Positions 28,111-37,729 of a stretch of 64,000 bases of DNA are shown here, in pieces. The stretch is from Actinomycetota bacterium. Its GTDB lineage: Bacteria > Actinomycetota > UBA4738 > HRBIN12. Numbering within the stretch: position 1 is the stretch's first letter; each line of letters opens with the position of its first letter. Location: the NCBI GenBank assembly GCA_040902745.1, contig JBBDWR010000012.1:44171-108170 (forward strand), written 5' to 3'. Both the position numbers and the translations under genes were made by a program. The notes below the pieces were generated by a model. The model searched no databases. It worked only from the letters and a program-made list of their open reading frames with translations, and was not told the DNA's origin.

Positions 28111-28824
28111 TCAGGAGCGCTCGGGGAGCTTCGCGATATACGCCGCGATCAGCTCGCCGGCCTCCTCGGAATGCGCCTCGAACAACGCGGTCGCCTTCGC
28201 GTCGTCACCGGCCTCGACCGCGTCCACCAATGGGCCGTGTTGCTGGCTGATCGCATCCGTGGAGGGTTGTACACGTTCGTCGAGCTGCAGCAGTGAGCGC
28301 AACATCGGCACGTACCGCTGGAACACTTCCAGCAGGCGTTCGTTGCCGGACAGCTCGCACACCACCTGATGGAAGTCCAGGTCCGCCTGCGAAATCGCCC
28401 GGGAATCGTTCGCCGCGGCCGCTCGCTCGATCGCGTCCGAGAGTGCGCGCAGCCGGCGGATCGACACCTCGTCACCTCGCTTCGCGAGGAGCTTGGCCGC
28501 ACGGCCTTCGATCGCCGCCCGCAACCCATAGATCTCGCGGACGTCTGCTTCGGTGATGCTGACGACGAAGGTTCCGCGCCTCAGTTCCTCCTCGAGCAGC
28601 CCTTCGGCGCGCAGCAATTTGAACGCCTCGCGTACGGGCCCACGGGAAACATTGAGCTGCTGGGCGATCCGGGCCTCGACGAGATGTTCGCCCTGCTCGA
28701 ATCCACCGGCGAGGATCTGCTCTCGGATGCGGTCGGCCGCATCTTCGGCAAGGGAGCGAGGTGGAGACAAGGGTCGCAATCCACCGTCGTCGGTTGCGGT
28801 CGTTCCGGAGCCTCGTTCGCTCAT
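28111..28824 (-). CDS. GntR-family transcriptional regulator (FadR/FCD subfamily)
   Basis: N-terminal wHTH LAEDAADRIREQILAGGFEQGEHLVEARIAQQLNVSRGPVREAFKLLRAEGLL. All-helical C-terminal domain. Confidence 0.9.
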   Translation of the reverse strand: MSERGSGTTATDDGGLRPLSPPRSLAEDAADRIREQILAGGFEQGEHLVEARIAQQLNVSRGPVREAFKLLRAEGLLEEELRRGTFVVSITEADVREIYGLRAAIEGRAAKLLAKRGDEVSIRRLRALSDAIERAAAANDSRAISQADLDFHQVVCELSGNERLLEVFQRYVPMLRSLLQLDERVQPSTDAISQQHGPLVDAVEAGDDAKATALFEAHSEEAGELIAAYIAKLPERS

Positions 28825-28903
28825 CGGTCGTTCCTGTCCCCGGGCTCATCGAGGGGCTACGGTAGGCCCCGCTACCTGCATTGACCGCCGCATCCTAGCA
28901 CCC

Positions 28904-28923
28904 CTAGACTGTCGACAGTCAAC
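28904..28923. promoter_or_regulatory. palindromic operator site (18/20), best match, in the GntR gene's own divergent promoter
   Basis: CTAGACTGTCGACAGTCAAC, between GntR (start 28824) and the aminotransferase (start 28988). Confidence 0.7.
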
Positions 28924-28987
28924 CGATGACGCTCCGCAGGGCGGCGCCCCGAGTGCGTGGCAGCGGGCACGAGGAGGTGCACTCTCC

Positions 28988-30454
28988 ATGGGCTCGTCGA
29001 GCCAGGAGCGCGCGGCGGAGAACACCCGCGACGCGACTATCGAATACCCGTCCGTCACGACCGACCTTCCGGGACCGCGCAGCGCGGAGCTGTTCGAGCG
29101 TACCGACGCGGTGCTGAGTGGCTCGCTCACCGACCACGACGAGGTTCCCTTCGTCGAGTCGCGCAAGCGGGGCTCGATCATCGAGGACGCGGACGGCAAC
29201 ACCTACGCCGACCACGTCTCCGCGTGGGGCTCCACCCCGCTCGGCGCCACCCATCCGCGCGTGATCGCCGCCGTGGGTGAGGCACAGGCCCGTTACGGAA
29301 TGGAGATCTCCGACTACATCCACAACGAGGAGACGGTGCTGTTGTCGGAGCGGCTCGCGCAGATCGCTCCTCGCGGCATCACACGATCGACCTTCGCGGT
29401 CAGCGGAACCCTCGCCGTCGAGGCGGGCGTCAAGCTCGCTCGCGAGGCGACGGGACGTCCGATGATCCTCACGTTCCACGGTCAATATCACGGTGAGGCC
29501 ACCTACCTCACGGCCGGCGCCAGCTCGGATCTCGCGGAGGTCACTACGCAGAGCGCCCAGTACGTCGCCGGGTTGGTCTTCGCCCCGTACCCCAACGCGT
29601 TCCGCGCTCCGTTCCACCAGGGACCCGGGCCCTACGACGACACGATGTACGCCGACTTCATCGAGGACTGGCTACTCGTGCACCAGGTCGAACCCGAGCA
29701 GATCGCGGGCGTGCTGATCGAGCCGATCCTCGGTGAGGGCGGCATCTTGATCCCCTCGCAGGCGTTCTGGGACCGGCTCACCGCGATGCGCGACCGGTGG
29801 GGGTGGAAGTTGATCCTCGACGAAGTCCAGACCGGCTTGGGTCGCTGCGGCCCGATGTTCGCCAGCCAGCGCTGGGAGAACCTGGATCCGGACATCGTCC
29901 TGCTCGGCAAGGGCTTCGCCGGCGGCGGCCAGCCGATCGCCGCGGTGCTCGGCACCGAGGACGTCATGGCCGACTCCGAGCTGCACCTCGGCGGAACGTT
30001 CGCGTGGACGCCCGCCGCCGCTGCGGGTGCGCGGGCATCGATCGACGCGATCCTCGAAGAGAACGTGCTCGACAACGTGTGGGAGATCGAACGCATCGCG
30101 CTCGAAGAACTCGGTCCCGTGGTGGACCGGGTCGAGCAGGTCGGCGCCGTCCGCGCCGCGGGAGCGTTGATCGGCGTGGAGTTCGTCCTCGACAAGGAGT
30201 CGATCGTGCCGGCGCCCGCGTTCCATCGGGACGTACACAACGCGGCCGTGCGCCGCGGCGTGCTCGGGATCACCCAATGGGGCAAGTGGGTCTACCGGAT
30301 GCAGCCGGCACTCAACATGCCGCCCGAGTTGTTCCGCTGGTCGTGTCGAACCCTGGCCGAGGTGATCGAGGAGGTCGCGAAGGATCCGCCCACCGAGCCA
30401 CCGAGCCTGCTCGACCGCGAACCTCCGGTCGAAGGCGGCAGCCGCCGTCGCTAG
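28988..30454 (+). CDS. class-III aminotransferase (4-aminobutyrate/omega-amino acid type)
   Basis: ATG 28988 after GAGGAGGTG. DADGNTYADHVSAWGSTPLG..ILDEVQTGLGRCG..LLGKGFAGG. The long 5' extension of ORF 28553.. was rejected. Confidence 0.85.
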   Translation: MGSSSQERAAENTRDATIEYPSVTTDLPGPRSAELFERTDAVLSGSLTDHDEVPFVESRKRGSIIEDADGNTYADHVSAWGSTPLGATHPRVIAAVGEAQARYGMEISDYIHNEETVLLSERLAQIAPRGITRSTFAVSGTLAVEAGVKLAREATGRPMILTFHGQYHGEATYLTAGASSDLAEVTTQSAQYVAGLVFAPYPNAFRAPFHQGPGPYDDTMYADFIEDWLLVHQVEPEQIAGVLIEPILGEGGILIPSQAFWDRLTAMRDRWGWKLILDEVQTGLGRCGPMFASQRWENLDPDIVLLGKGFAGGGQPIAAVLGTEDVMADSELHLGGTFAWTPAAAAGARASIDAILEENVLDNVWEIERIALEELGPVVDRVEQVGAVRAAGALIGVEFVLDKESIVPAPAFHRDVHNAAVRRGVLGITQWGKWVYRMQPALNMPPELFRWSCRTLAEVIEEVAKDPPTEPPSLLDREPPVEGGSRRR

Positions 30455-31624
30455 TCAGTCCGGGTTCGCGACGGACGGATCCGGCACGGCGTCGGGCACG
30501 CCGGGCAAGACGTATGTCCAGCGGGCATCCCAGGACACCCACGCCTGCCGTCCCACCGAACCCTCGGACAGCCGCGCGTCCAGCGGCGTGACGACCGCGA
30601 GCTTGGACGACTCGGGACCTTCCACCAGGTAGCGAACAACCGCGCCCTGGAACGTCTCCTCCAGCACACGCACCCCGATGCCCGCCTTGCCGTTGGGGCC
30701 TCCCTCGGCGCTGATCCGTAGGTGTTCGGGGCGCAGCAGCAACACACCGGGCGCGCCGGACACACAGCCGGGCGCGCCGCCTGCGACCTGCGCCCGGCCA
30801 CCACCGGGCAGCGTGACCGACCACCCCTCGCCCTCGCGCGACTCGAGCCGCACGGGCACGAGGCTCGCCTGTCCGATGAACCCGGCGACGAACAACGACG
30901 CGGGGCGCAGGTAGATCTCCTCCGGGCTCGCCAGGTGCTCGACCTGCCCTCGGTTCATCACCGCGATGCGGTCCGACATCGTGAGCGCCTCGCCTTGGTC
31001 ATGCGTCACGTACACGAAGGAGATGCCGACTTCGCGCTGGATCCGCTTCAGCTCGAACTGCATCTCCTCGCGCAGCTTCAGGTCGAGCGCCCCGAGCGGC
31101 TCGTCGAGCAACAGCACGGCGGGGCGGTTCGCAAGCGCGCGGGCGAGCGCGACCCGCTGCTGCTGCCCGCCCGACAGCTCACGCGGGTAGCGCTTCGCGA
31201 GGTCGCCGAGCTGCACGGTCTCGAGCGCCCCTCCGATCCGCCGGCGTGTGTCCTCCTTGCCGAGCTTCTTGCGCTCCGGACCGAACGCGACGTTCTGTTC
31301 CACCGTCATGTGGGGGAACAGCGCGTAACTCTGGAACACCAGGTTCGTGTCACGCCGGTAGGGCGGTAGGTCGCTCGCGTCGGATCCGTCGACGAAGATC
31401 TGACCCTCGGTGGGGCGCTCGAAGCCTGCGAGCATCCGCAGCGTCGTGGTCTTGCCACATCCGCTCGGACCTAGCAGCGAGAAGAACTCGCTTCGTCCCA
31501 CAGCGAAGTTCACGTGGTCCACGGCCGTCACGTCGCCGAAGCGCTTGACCACATCGCGCAGTTCGAGCGCGGGAGCATCGCCGCTCGACCGCGGCGCCGA
31601 TGCCTGCTCGGTGCTCGTGCTCAC
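30455..31624 (-). CDS. ABC transporter ATP-binding protein (PotA-like), second system
   Basis: GTG 31622-31624 after [38 protein letters not shown]. Confidence 0.9.
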   Translation of the reverse strand: MSTSTEQASAPRSSGDAPALELRDVVKRFGDVTAVDHVNFAVGRSEFFSLLGPSGCGKTTTLRMLAGFERPTEGQIFVDGSDASDLPPYRRDTNLVFQSYALFPHMTVEQNVAFGPERKKLGKEDTRRRIGGALETVQLGDLAKRYPRELSGGQQQRVALARALANRPAVLLLDEPLGALDLKLREEMQFELKRIQREVGISFVYVTHDQGEALTMSDRIAVMNRGQVEHLASPEEIYLRPASLFVAGFIGQASLVPVRLESREGEGWSVTLPGGGRAQVAGGAPGCVSGAPGVLLLRPEHLRISAEGGPNGKAGIGVRVLEETFQGAVVRYLVEGPESSKLAVVTPLDARLSEGSVGRQAWVSWDARWTYVLPGVPDAVPDPSVANPD

Positions 31625-31655
31625 GTTCGCTCTCCTTCCACCGTGCCGTGCGCGA

Positions 31656-32561
31656 TCACGCGCCTGCCTCCAGCTTCTTGATCCTCGCCGCACGGTACCC
31701 GCCGAAGGCTACTGCGGCCGAAAGCACGAGCAGCAAGAAGCTCATCGCCGAACCGATCCCCCAGTTGCCCGCCTCGAGCACTTGTTCCTGGATCGCGTTG
31801 CCGATCATGCTGCCGCTCGTGCCGCCCACGAGGGCGGGCGTCGCGAACTCGGAGAACATCGGGATGTAGACGATGATGATCGCGACGAATATCCCCGGGG
31901 CGGCGAGCGGCAAGAGGATCTTGCGGAAGCGCGTGGAGAAGCGCGCGCCGAGATCGTCCGCGGCCTCGAGCAGGTCGGGCTCCACAGCCTTCAACGACGC
32001 GTAGATCGGGATCGTCGTGTAGGGGATGTAGGTCGTCGACAGCACGATGATCACGGCGAGCTTGGAGAAAAGCAGCACGTCGATCGGTGCGTCGATGACT
32101 CCGATCGCCTGCAGCGTGTAGTTGATCACCCCTTCGCGGCCCAGCACCATGCGCCATGCATAGACACGGATCAGCGGATTCAGCTCTCCCGCCAGCACGA
32201 AGAGGAGCAACAGCAACAACTCGTAGCGGGCTCGCACGCAGAACGCCAACAGGTACGCGATCGGCATCGCGATCGCGAGCATCACCGCCATCGAGATCGT
32301 GCAGATCAGCACGGTGTTCCACGCGAACTTGAGGTAGGCCGGTTCGCTGAGGATCGCCTGGTAGTTCTCCAACGTGAACCCGCCCGTGCCAGTGATCGAG
32401 CGGTGTTGGAAGCTCATCCACAACAACAGGCCGAGGGGAACGCCGAACAAGACCAGCAGCCACATGCTCGGGGGGAGTGCGTACCCGAACACGCGCACCC
32501 CGACACGCCCGGTGGCCGCCGGTTTGCCCTGCGGATCGAGGCTGAGCTGCTCGGTCGCCAT
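31656..32561 (-). CDS. ABC transporter permease (PotB-like), second system
   Basis: Paralogous by eye to 24879..25757 (WLLVLFGVPLGLLLWMSF.., EAADDLGARFSTRFRKILLPLAAPG). Confidence 0.85.
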   Translation of the reverse strand: MATEQLSLDPQGKPAATGRVGVRVFGYALPPSMWLLVLFGVPLGLLLWMSFQHRSITGTGGFTLENYQAILSEPAYLKFAWNTVLICTISMAVMLAIAMPIAYLLAFCVRARYELLLLLLFVLAGELNPLIRVYAWRMVLGREGVINYTLQAIGVIDAPIDVLLFSKLAVIIVLSTTYIPYTTIPIYASLKAVEPDLLEAADDLGARFSTRFRKILLPLAAPGIFVAIIIVYIPMFSEFATPALVGGTSGSMIGNAIQEQVLEAGNWGIGSAMSFLLLVLSAAVAFGGYRAARIKKLEAGA

Positions 32562-33371
32562 CTACTTCACCTGCCCCGCGAAGACTCCGGCGACGGCGTC
32601 GGCGTCCAACGATCCGCCCGTTCGCTTGGAACCTGCCGCAAGCCGCCACGCGACCAGCACGATGACGACTTGCAACACGGAGACCAACGTGGAGATCGCG
32701 TTCACGATCGGCACATTCTGGGCGTGGCGCAGCGTCGAGAACACCCAGATCGGGAAGGTGATCTCGAACCCACCGGTGAAGAAGCTGATCACGAAATTGT
32801 TGAATGAGTAGCTGAAGGCGAAGATCGCCGACGCCGCGAGCGCCGGCATCACGTGCGGCAGGATGATGTAGCGCAACACCTCCCGCGGCGTGGCGCCCAG
32901 GTCGAGCGCCGCCTCCTCCACACGGCGGTCGAACCGCACGAGCCGCGCGCCGACGATCGCCGCCACGAGCGGGAACGCGACCGTGATGTGCATCAGCGTG
33001 ATCGTCTTGAGGCTCAGTGGCACGTTGATCCTGTTGAAGAAGATCAACGCGCCGACGCCGATCAGAAGCCACGGAACGACGAGAGGAGCGCCGATGAGAC
33101 CAGCAACCGGACCGCGGGCCTTGTAGCGGAACCGCGTCACGGCGAAGGCTGCCAGGGTCCCGAGCAGCAGCGACACCGGCATCACGACGAACGCGACCCC
33201 GACCGAGTTGCGCAGCCCCTCCAGCAACACGGGGTTCGATAGAGCGTCGGTGTACCACTGGCCCGTGAAGCCCTCGAACGGCAGCGCGATGATGATCGAA
33301 TCGTTGAACGAGAACAGCGCGAGGATCAGCAGCGGCCCGTACAGCAACAGCACGACGATCGCGAGGAACAC
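32562..33371 (-). CDS. ABC transporter permease (PotC-like), second system
   Basis: GTG start 33369-33371. No canonical start exists further upstream in frame. LALFSFNDSIIIALPFEG, EAALDLGATPREVLRYIILPHVMPAL. Confidence 0.8.
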   Translation of the reverse strand: MFLAIVVLLLYGPLLILALFSFNDSIIIALPFEGFTGQWYTDALSNPVLLEGLRNSVGVAFVVMPVSLLLGTLAAFAVTRFRYKARGPVAGLIGAPLVVPWLLIGVGALIFFNRINVPLSLKTITLMHITVAFPLVAAIVGARLVRFDRRVEEAALDLGATPREVLRYIILPHVMPALAASAIFAFSYSFNNFVISFFTGGFEITFPIWVFSTLRHAQNVPIVNAISTLVSVLQVVIVLVAWRLAAGSKRTGGSLDADAVAGVFAGQVK

Positions 33372-33453
33372 CAGGCGGAGGACGAGCAGTAACCCCGGCT
33401 TGTGTCGGAGGACGAACCGTTCGACCGAACTCGGCGGCCGGGACCGGTCGACC

Positions 33454-33481
33454 CCGGAGGATCCGCGGTCGATCCCTCCGG
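33454..33481 (-). other. stem-loop in the SBP-permease intergenic spacer
   Basis: CCGGAGGAT..ATCC(C)TCCGG imperfect 9-bp inverted repeat inside the 165-nt gap. Possibly an mRNA stability or processing element. Confidence 0.3.
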
Positions 33482-33536
33482 TCTGCGTCGACCGGACCAG
33501 CGTGTCGTCCTGGCTCAGCGCCTCACCCCGTCCCGC

Positions 33537-34646
33537 TCACGCGGCCTTGAACTCGCGCCACACCTGCTGCCAGGCATCGTAGTTCTCCGGGATCGTGTAG
33601 GGGATCGCGTTCTCGAAGCTCCCGGGATCCTCCAACCCGGCCTCCTCCACGATCTTCGGGTCGACCGCATCGAGCGTGTCCTGGTTGGAGACGAGGTAGA
33701 AGAAGTTCTCCGCCTGCCAGGCCTGCGTCTCGGGTTGCGCGTAATGATCGATCAACGCGTATGCCGCGTCGACATTCTCCGCGTTCGCGCCGATCCCGTA
33801 CCCGCAGGTCCACGTCAGCTGACCCTCGGAGGCGAGCGAGTACTCGACCGGCTCGCCCTCGGCCTTCAACGTCTCGGTCGATCCCTTGTAGCCGGGCGCC
33901 ACGACCACGATCTCGCCGGTCTTGAACAGGTTGGCTTGGTCCGCGTCACCTTTCACCAAGCTGCGGAGCAGTGGCTTCTTGTCGACCAGGAACTGCTTGA
34001 CCTGCTCCAGCTCCGCGTCGTCCAGGTCGAGCGGATCTTCGATGCCGAGCGCCATCGCAGCGACCGCGATCCCCGACAGTGGGTCGTCATCCAGGCCGAT
34101 CCGGCCCGAGTAGGCGTCGTCGAAGACGCTCGCGTACGAGTCGAACCCGGCGGGAACTTCTTCCTCGTTGTACATGATGCCGCTGGTGCCGCCGACCATC
34201 GGCGCGAGATACACCTCGCCGTCGACGGTGACCCCTTCTAGCTCCTTGAACGCCGGAAACATCTGGTCCCAGGCCTCGATCCGCGACGTGTCGATCGGCT
34301 GGAGCAGACCGAGGTTCACCATGCGGACGGTGTCCTCGACACACACGTTCACCACGTCTGCCTGGAACCCGCCCTGCAGCTTCGTCACGGTTTCATCCCC
34401 GCTCGCGAAGGCAGCGGTACGGACGTCCACGTCCGGGTTCGCCTCCTCGAACGGGTCGAGCAGCTCCGGCTCGAAGGCGTCCTCGTACGCGAAGAAGGTG
34501 AGGGAGCCCGAGACCTGTCCGGGATCGGCCGACTCTCCATCGCCGGACCCCGGCGCCGAGTCGCTGCTGCACGCCGCGGCCACCACCATCAGAACAGATA
34601 CAACGACGATCGAGCGCGCGGTCGTACGAGTACGTGGGGCAGTCAT
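33537..34646 (-). CDS. PotD-like substrate-binding lipoprotein (paralogue 2 of 3)
   Basis: Start ATG 34644-34646 (MTAPRTRTTARSIVVVSVLMVVAAAC lipobox). ATGA overlap with the M20 gene stop. Confidence 0.85.
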   Translation of the reverse strand: MTAPRTRTTARSIVVVSVLMVVAAACSSDSAPGSGDGESADPGQVSGSLTFFAYEDAFEPELLDPFEEANPDVDVRTAAFASGDETVTKLQGGFQADVVNVCVEDTVRMVNLGLLQPIDTSRIEAWDQMFPAFKELEGVTVDGEVYLAPMVGGTSGIMYNEEEVPAGFDSYASVFDDAYSGRIGLDDDPLSGIAVAAMALGIEDPLDLDDAELEQVKQFLVDKKPLLRSLVKGDADQANLFKTGEIVVVAPGYKGSTETLKAEGEPVEYSLASEGQLTWTCGYGIGANAENVDAAYALIDHYAQPETQAWQAENFFYLVSNQDTLDAVDPKIVEEAGLEDPGSFENAIPYTIPENYDAWQQVWREFKAA

Positions 34647-35785
34647 ACCGCTGTCTCCTTCTGGGTCGTCGGTGCCGCCGCCAGGGATCCGACGTCGGCG
34701 ATCAGTGCGGAGAAGACACGAGCACATCGGACAACCTCTCGGACGTCGATGTGCTCGTCTGGGTGGTGAGCCGTCCGCAGGTGTCCAGGGCCGAAGACGA
34801 TGACCTCGGAGTGCGACCGATCGGAGAAGCTGTGTGCGTCGGTCCACGAGGGCATCCGTGTGTAACCGGGCTCACGGCCGATCGCGCTTTGGCTCGCTCG
34901 TGCCAGCGCTCGCGGGAGCGCGGCTCCGGGGGAGGTCTCCCACCATCCGCCCGAGTCCTTGAGTTGGAACGTCGCGTCGGAGGCGGCGCAGCGCTCCTCG
35001 ATCTGGCGCCGCACCTCGTCCAGGCTCGGCTCACCGAAGACTCGGGCCGACAGGTAGAAGTCCGCTCGGTCCGGGATCGCGTTCACGGGCTGCGCGGAAT
35101 GCATCCGTTGCACCGAGGTCATGTTGCGCCCGGCGATAGGATGCTCGTGCGTCGTGAACGGCAGCGTCTGCAGCTCAAGGAGCAGACGGGCGGCCTTCTC
35201 GACGGCGTTGTCCCCCTCCTCGATCAGCGAGCCGTGCACCGACCGACCGCCGACCCGCACCCAACCGTCGACGAACCCGGTCTCGGTGAGCGCGATATCG
35301 AGCTCGGTGCCCTCCGAGGCGACCACGAAGCGCGGACGCAGGTTGTCGGCCATCGACCGCGACCCCTTGCCCCCGATCTCCTCGTCGACGACGAATCCGA
35401 GCGCCACGGGCAGACGCTCGAACTCGACGCCGCTCTCGCGCGCCAACACAGCACCGAGGAGGATCGCCACGGCGCAGCCTTTGTCGTCCTGTGCGCCGAG
35501 ACCGCGCACGATCGTCCCGTCGACCCGCGCGCGGCCCGCCCAGTCCCACGTGGGGACGATCGTGTCGATGTGCGCGGTCAAGAGCAGATCCGGACGATCG
35601 TCGTGACCGACCAGCACGTTGGGCCCGGCGCCGGCGACCGACTGCACCTGGACGGGGAGATCGAGCTGGGAGCACCGTCCGGCGAGGTACTCCATCGCCT
35701 CGTGCTCCTGGTCGGAAACCGACGAGATCTCGACCAGGCGGACGAGTTCCTCGGTTGCCCAATCGATCGCGGCCGCGTCTTCCAC
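34643..35785 (-). CDS. M20-family metallohydrolase (ArgE/DapE/amidohydrolase type), paralogue A
   Basis: GTG start after AGAGGGGGA. LLLTAHIDTIVP..GLGAQDDKGC..VVDEEIGGKGS..WTDAH. Confidence 0.85.
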   Translation of the reverse strand: MEDAAAIDWATEELVRLVEISSVSDQEHEAMEYLAGRCSQLDLPVQVQSVAGAGPNVLVGHDDRPDLLLTAHIDTIVPTWDWAGRARVDGTIVRGLGAQDDKGCAVAILLGAVLARESGVEFERLPVALGFVVDEEIGGKGSRSMADNLRPRFVVASEGTELDIALTETGFVDGWVRVGGRSVHGSLIEEGDNAVEKAARLLLELQTLPFTTHEHPIAGRNMTSVQRMHSAQPVNAIPDRADFYLSARVFGEPSLDEVRRQIEERCAASDATFQLKDSGGWWETSPGAALPRALARASQSAIGREPGYTRMPSWTDAHSFSDRSHSEVIVFGPGHLRTAHHPDEHIDVREVVRCARVFSALIADVGSLAAAPTTQKETAV

Positions 35786-35868
35786 GCCTGTCCCCCTCTG
35801 GAGGGGTGCCCGGCGCCGGTGTGAGCCGCTGCGGGTGCGCCCCTCTTCGCCCTGAAGGCGAGCCTAGG

Positions 35869-35888
35869 CCCGATTGTCGACAGTCAGC
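35869..35888. promoter_or_regulatory. palindromic operator site (14/20)
   Basis: CCCGATTGTCGACAGTCAGC, about 85 nt upstream of the M20 start at 35785. Confidence 0.5.
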
Positions 35889-35987
35889 AAGATAGGTGGG
35901 TGCCGGATCACGGTGGTTTCGGGGGCGAATAGTGCCGGATATCGCAGGTGGTCACGCGCAGCCCCTAGCGGGACTCGGCAGATATGA

Positions 35988-36479
35988 CTACTCCTGAACG
36001 AGCAGACGTGTCCAGCGGTAGCTGTGCTTGGCCACGTTGAGGATCGTGAACGTCTCGATCCCATCCACTCCGGGAGCCGTCCGAACACCCTCCTCGAGGA
36101 CGCGGAACATGTGATCGTTGTCGCGGCAGACGACCTCGATCAGCAGGTCGAACGAGCCGGTACACACGGCGATGTAGTCGACCTCGGGGATGTCCTGCAG
36201 CGCCTCGACCGCACCCGCCACCGATCCGCCACGCACCCGGATGCCGATCTCTGCGAAGACGAGCCCCAGTGCCAGCGCGTCCGACACGGCGACGACCTGG
36301 ACGACGCCACGACGCACCATCCGCGCATACCGGTTTCGCACCGTCGCCTCGGACAGCTCGAGGTTGCGGGCGATCTCGGTGAACGGCCAGCGGCCGTCCT
36401 GGTTCAGCTCCTCGATGATCTGGACGTCGGTCTCGTCCAGCGCCCCCCGCAGCACGGGCGTCACCTCCATAGTCGTCAA
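35988..36479 (-). CDS. Lrp/AsnC-family transcriptional regulator
   Basis: LDETDVQIIEELNQDGRWPFTEIARNLELSEATVRNRYARMV HTH plus a C-terminal RAM-like domain. Start is TTG 36479 or ATG 36470. Confidence 0.85.
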   Translation of the reverse strand: MTTMEVTPVLRGALDETDVQIIEELNQDGRWPFTEIARNLELSEATVRNRYARMVRRGVVQVVAVSDALALGLVFAEIGIRVRGGSVAGAVEALQDIPEVDYIAVCTGSFDLLIEVVCRDNDHMFRVLEEGVRTAPGVDGIETFTILNVAKHSYRWTRLLVQE

Positions 36480-36491
36480 CCGCCTCGAAGG

Positions 36492-37598
36492 TCAGGCGGC
36501 CTTGAAGGTACGCCACACCTCGAGCCACCGATCGTAGTTCTCGGGGATCTGCAGCGCGATCGCGGCATCCAGTTGTTCCGGCTGGTCCAGTCGGAGCTGC
36601 TTCACAAGTTCGGGATCGAGCTGGTCGAGCGTCTCCTGGTTGGAAACGACGTAGTTGTAGGTCTCCGCGTAGAACGCCTGCGCCTCGGGACTGGCGTAGT
36701 AGTTCAGCGCGGCGTAGGCAGCGTTCAGACTCTCCTCGGACACGTCGGCCCCCAAGGACATGCCGCACACCCACGCCATCGAACCCTCGGCGGACGACAT
36801 CGCCACGGGGATGTCCTCGCGCTGCATCGCGGCGACGTAGTCGTGGTAGCCGAAGCCCGCGACGATCTCGCCGGTGCGGTAGAGGTTCAAGAAGTCCGCG
36901 TCGCCCTTGAACAGCGTGCGCACCTGATCCTTGTGATCGAGCAGGTACTGCTGGATCTCGTCGAGGTCGGCGTCGTCCAGGTCGTAGGGGTCGGTGTGGC
37001 CCAGAGCCAGCGCGACCAGCGGGATCGTCTCCTGCGGACTGTCGCCCAGGGTGATCTTGCCCGTGAGGGCGGGATCTTCCATCAGCTGGCGGTAGGAAGT
37101 GACCTCGCCCGCCTCTTCGGGGTTGTAGATGATGCCGCTCGTGCCGCCGACGTTGGGGATCATGTAGACCTCACCGTCGTAGGTGATCCCCGACAGTTCG
37201 CGGATCTGTGGGAACAGCGAGTTCCACGCCTCGATCCGGCTCGTGTCGATCGGCTGGATCAGTCCGGCCTGCACCATGCGGGCGGTCTCCTCGGTGCAGG
37301 AGTTGATCACGTCGGCGTGGAACCCTCCCTGCAGCTTCGCCACCGCCTCGTCGTTGTCGGAGAAGTTCGCGGCACGGACCGTGACCTCGGGGTTGGCCTC
37401 CTCGAACGGCCCCAGCACCTCGGGAAGGATCACGTCCTCGTAGCCGTAGATGGTGATCTCGCCGCTGGGCTGACCCGCGGTCGTTCCGCCCTCGCCGCTC
37501 GCGTCCTCCGCGCCGTCGCCGTCGCCGGAACAAGCGGTCGCCACCAAAGCGAGGGCGAACATCACCACAGCGAGCCGTCCGAGTCTGAGTCCAAGCAT
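36492..37598 (-). CDS. PotD-like substrate-binding lipoprotein (paralogue 3 of 3, orphan: no adjacent permease/ATPase)
   Basis: Start ATG 37596-37598 (MLGLRLGRLAVVMFALALVATAC lipobox). Confidence 0.85.
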   Translation of the reverse strand: MLGLRLGRLAVVMFALALVATACSGDGDGAEDASGEGGTTAGQPSGEITIYGYEDVILPEVLGPFEEANPEVTVRAANFSDNDEAVAKLQGGFHADVINSCTEETARMVQAGLIQPIDTSRIEAWNSLFPQIRELSGITYDGEVYMIPNVGGTSGIIYNPEEAGEVTSYRQLMEDPALTGKITLGDSPQETIPLVALALGHTDPYDLDDADLDEIQQYLLDHKDQVRTLFKGDADFLNLYRTGEIVAGFGYHDYVAAMQREDIPVAMSSAEGSMAWVCGMSLGADVSEESLNAAYAALNYYASPEAQAFYAETYNYVVSNQETLDQLDPELVKQLRLDQPEQLDAAIALQIPENYDRWLEVWRTFKAA

Positions 37599-37664
37599 CC
37601 CCGTCCCCCTGTTTGCGCGAGCGCGTCCGCCGCTGCCGACGAACCTTGTGCGTTTCCTACACCG

Positions 37665-37684
37665 GTCGACGGTCGACTGTCTAC
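37665..37684. promoter_or_regulatory. palindromic operator site (17/20)
   Basis: GTCGACGGTCGACTGTCTAC, between the orphan SBP (start 37598) and the divergent SDR (start 37730). Confidence 0.6.
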
Positions 37685-37729
37685 CCACTGTGCTAGCGTC
37701 CGGCGCGCATCAGATGGGAGGCTGCAGCG

